In this document: piece by piece, positions 61,420 through 64,000 of the stretch
Position numbering within the stretch: the first letter of the stretch is position 1
Layout: each line of letters begins with the position of its first letter
Assembly (NCBI GenBank): GCA_943350875.1
Contig: CALRAL010000002.1
Location: 68,221-132,220, forward strand
DNA from: Candidatus Nomurabacteria bacterium
GTDB lineage: Bacteria > Patescibacteriota > Minisyncoccia > Phycocordibacterales > UBA9973
Direction of reading: 5' to 3'
Length of the DNA: 64,000 nucleotides
Notes under the pieces: generated by a model
What the model was told of the DNA's origin: nothing
Databases searched by the model: none
Seen by the model: only the letters and a program-made list of their open reading frames with translations
Position numbers and translations under genes: made by a program

Positions 61420-62340
61420 ATGGCAAATAGGCACCTTTCAAGATCAATAGTTCTCCAGACTCTTTTTGAGTTTGATTTTAATGGCTTTAAAGAAGTCGAT
61501 GTAAAAGAAAGGGTAAAACACAATATAGAAGAATTCGCCCCAGGGCTCGAAGATGATGTTTTTGTCTTTTCTCTCGTAAATGAAATATTAAAGAAGCACA
61601 AAGTTATTGATGAGATAATAGAAAAAGCTGCGCCCGAGTGGCCGATAAATAAAATATCTTTTGTGGATAGGAACATCTTGAGGATTGGTTTGACAGAGTT
61701 ACTCTTTGGTGACAGGACTCAAGTCCCTCCCAAGGTGGCTATCAATGAGGCAATAGAACTTGCCAAAACTTTCGGCGGAGAGAATTCTAGTAAATTCGTA
61801 AATGGAGTCCTCGGTGCTGTGTATAAAGAGATAGGTGAGCCAGGCAAAGAAGAAACTAGTAAGAAAAAGAAAAAAGAAAATGAACCTGTTGATCCAAAAA
61901 AGTTGGCAATGGAGAATTTTGTCGGAGCTCTAATATATGCGAGGAAGGGAACTGATTTATTTTTAGTGTTTGTGCATGATGTATTTGGATATTGGACTTT
62001 ATCAAAGGGGCATATAAATGAAGGAGAGAATGTAGAAGAAGCGACAATAAAAAGAATTAAAGAAGAAATTGGTTTGGATATAATAATAAAGGAAAATCTT
62101 GGGGACAAAGAATACGTGGCTTCGCATCCAGAAAAGGGAAAAATTCTAAAACATGTGACATATTTCCTTGCCGAAAGTGAATACAAAGATATTGTATTAG
62201 AGAAGTCTGGTGGGCTTGATAATGCAAGATGGTTTATGTTAAAAGAAATTCCAGAACTCCATATCTACAATGATATCATTCCACTTATTTCAAAAGCGAT
62301 AGAAATAATTAGTAAACCTGCCCGCAATGCTAAAGCATAG
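61420..62340 (+). CDS. nusB: NusB fused to a NUDIX-like domain
   Basis: [35 protein letters not shown]; then WTLSKGH..EEIGL. Confidence 0.92.
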   Translation: MANRHLSRSIVLQTLFEFDFNGFKEVDVKERVKHNIEEFAPGLEDDVFVFSLVNEILKKHKVIDEIIEKAAPEWPINKISFVDRNILRIGLTELLFGDRTQVPPKVAINEAIELAKTFGGENSSKFVNGVLGAVYKEIGEPGKEETSKKKKKENEPVDPKKLAMENFVGALIYARKGTDLFLVFVHDVFGYWTLSKGHINEGENVEEATIKRIKEEIGLDIIIKENLGDKEYVASHPEKGKILKHVTYFLAESEYKDIVLEKSGGLDNARWFMLKEIPELHIYNDIIPLISKAIEIISKPARNAKA

Positions 62341-62354
62341 CTTTTGCAAGCGAG
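62317..62354 (+). repeat. CCTGCCCG element, 38 nt, supplying the nusB stop
   Basis: CCTGCCCGCAATGCTAAAGCATAGCTTTTGCAAGCGAG, 36/38 identical to the thrS copy. Confidence 0.88.
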
Positions 62355-62364
62355 AAATAATTTT

Positions 62365-63060
62365 ATGGTAAATTTTTCAGATTTTGAGAAAAAAACAAAA
62401 ATAACTTTTAAGGATAAAAAACTGCTTACTCAGGCATTTATTCACCGTTCATATATAAATGAGAATCCTAGCACTGGACTCTCTCACAATGAACGTCTTG
62501 AATTCTTGGGGGATGCGGTACTAGAGCTTATTGTGACAGACTTTCTTTATAAAAAATATTCATCTTATGCAGAAGGGGAATTGACTGCTCTCCGATCAGC
62601 TCTCGTGAATGCTGTTATAATTTCTGAGATTGCTTCTCATATTGGGATGAATGATTTTCTACTTTTATCTAAGGGTGAAGCAAAAGATATGGGCAAAGCT
62701 AGGCAATACATTCTCGCCAATACTTACGAAGCATACGTCGGGGCTGTGTATTTAGATCAAGGATATGATGTAGTAGATAAATTTGTCATTAAAACTCTTT
62801 TACCAAAGACGGAGGAAATAGTAAACAAGAAACTCTGGCGAGATGCAAAAAGTTTAGTGCAAGAAAAAGCGCAAGAATTCGTAAATGTAACTCCTTCATA
62901 CAAAGTCACGCATGAGTCAGGCCCAGACCATGACAAACATTTTACTGTTGGTATTTATTTTGATAAAGCGCTCATTGCAGAAGGCAAAGGCAAATCAAAA
63001 CAAGAAGCTGAACAAAAAGCTGCCGAAAATGCATTAAAATTGAAGAATTGGCTCGACTAA
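62365..63060 (+). CDS. rnc: Ribonuclease III
   Basis: HNERLEFLGDAVL, EAYVGAVYLD, dsRBD GPDHDKHF..SKQEAEQ. Confidence 0.97.
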   Translation: MVNFSDFEKKTKITFKDKKLLTQAFIHRSYINENPSTGLSHNERLEFLGDAVLELIVTDFLYKKYSSYAEGELTALRSALVNAVIISEIASHIGMNDFLLLSKGEAKDMGKARQYILANTYEAYVGAVYLDQGYDVVDKFVIKTLLPKTEEIVNKKLWRDAKSLVQEKAQEFVNVTPSYKVTHESGPDHDKHFTVGIYFDKALIAEGKGKSKQEAEQKAAENALKLKNWLD

Positions 63061-63068
63061 ATACTGAT

Positions 63069-64000
63069 ATGCGTCTCCTAAATATTGAAATAAATGGTTT
63101 CAAATCTTTTTCACAGAAAACTGTCTTGGATTTCGTGAGTCCTGTTGTGTGTATTGTGGGGCCAAATGGTTCTGGTAAATCAAACGTGGTGGAAGCCCTT
63201 CGCTTCGTTCTTGGTGAGCAATCAATGAAGTCTATGCGCGGTAAAGCAGGTTCTGATCTTATATTTAAGGGTTCTAAAGAATTACCCAAAGGTTCTCGTG
63301 CATCTGTAGTGATATATTTTGATAATGCTGATAGAGTTTTTAAAATCCCAAACGAAATGGGAGAAAATATAAATTTAAATTTTGATGTCGTGTCTATCAG
63401 CCGAGAAGTATATCCTGATGGTTTAAATAAATATATTTTGAATGGTTCGGAAGTGCGTTTGAAGGATATAAATAACCTTTTGGCTTCGGTAAATGTCGGA
63501 GCTTCTGGACACCATATCATTTCTCAAGGTGAAGCAGATAGGATCTTGAATGCGAGCTCAAAAGACAGACGAGAGATGATAGAGGATGCGCTCGGGCTCA
63601 AAATATATCAATACAAGATAAAAGAATCTGAGAGGAAGCTAGAACGTACAGAGAATAATATGAAAGAAGTTTCGCTACTTCGTAGGGAAAATGCACCGCA
63701 TTTAAACTTCTTAAAGAAACAAGTAGAGAAATTTGAAAAAGCAAAAGAATTGCAACTTGAACTTTCTTCTTTATATAAAGAATATCTAAAAAAAGAAAGT
63801 ATTTATTTGGAACAAGAAAAACATGTACTGAAAGTAGAGAAAGATAAAATATTGCATGAACTGAATGTCATTACTCCAAAGATTTCTGACTCTGGGGTTG
63901 AGAATAATGTAAACAGTGAGAAGAATAGAGAATTAAGAGATTTTGAACACAGGTTAAATGAAATTCGTGGGCTAAAAGGTGAGTTAGACAGGAAGCTCGG
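63069..64000 (+). CDS. smc: SMC family chromosome segregation protein (3'-partial)
   Basis: MRLLNIEINGFKSF, IVGPNGSGKSNVVEALRFVLGEQS, IISQG, then coiled coil running off the window. Confidence 0.93.
   Translation, partial: MRLLNIEINGFKSFSQKTVLDFVSPVVCIVGPNGSGKSNVVEALRFVLGEQSMKSMRGKAGSDLIFKGSKELPKGSRASVVIYFDNADRVFKIPNEMGENINLNFDVVSISREVYPDGLNKYILNGSEVRLKDINNLLASVNVGASGHHIISQGEADRILNASSKDRREMIEDALGLKIYQYKIKESERKLERTENNMKEVSLLRRENAPHLNFLKKQVEKFEKAKELQLELSSLYKEYLKKESIYLEQEKHVLKVEKDKILHELNVITPKISDSGVENNVNSEKNRELRDFEHRLNEIRGLKGELDRKL

Overview
Low-GC, code-11 bacterial chromosome segment. Gene content and style (short housekeeping proteins, a type IV pilus/competence cluster, NusB-NUDIX fusion, TraG-like ATPase, -10 boxes directly before start codons) point to a Patescibacteria/CPR (Parcubacteria-like) genome; the taxonomy is an inference. 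Housekeeping genes: ndk, infC-rpmI-rplT, smpB-tmRNA, ftsH, recG, ligA, a UvrD-nuclease, pheS/pheT, gyrB, thrS, rpmF, nusB, rnc and a partial smc. Also present: a cobalamin module (ECF S component, class II RNR, PduO, cobalamin riboswitch, two DUF4430-like proteins), a pil/comF cluster, a proBCA operon, four tRNAs (two with rare anticodons, Ile-UAU and Ser-ACU) and a compact 6S-like RNA. Most notable: (1) a RAYT transposase with a GTAG-type REP array that truncates a duplicated pilin gene; (2) a leader-peptide attenuator with Pro codons upstream of proBCA; (3) an orphan PemK/MazF-like toxin facing a consensus promoter for a small structured RNA; (4) several families of palindromic elements sitting in-frame inside essential genes or supplying start/stop codons; (5) a TrpR-like gene flanked by identical 21-bp palindromic repeats. 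All calls come from reading the sequence by eye; no searches were run.
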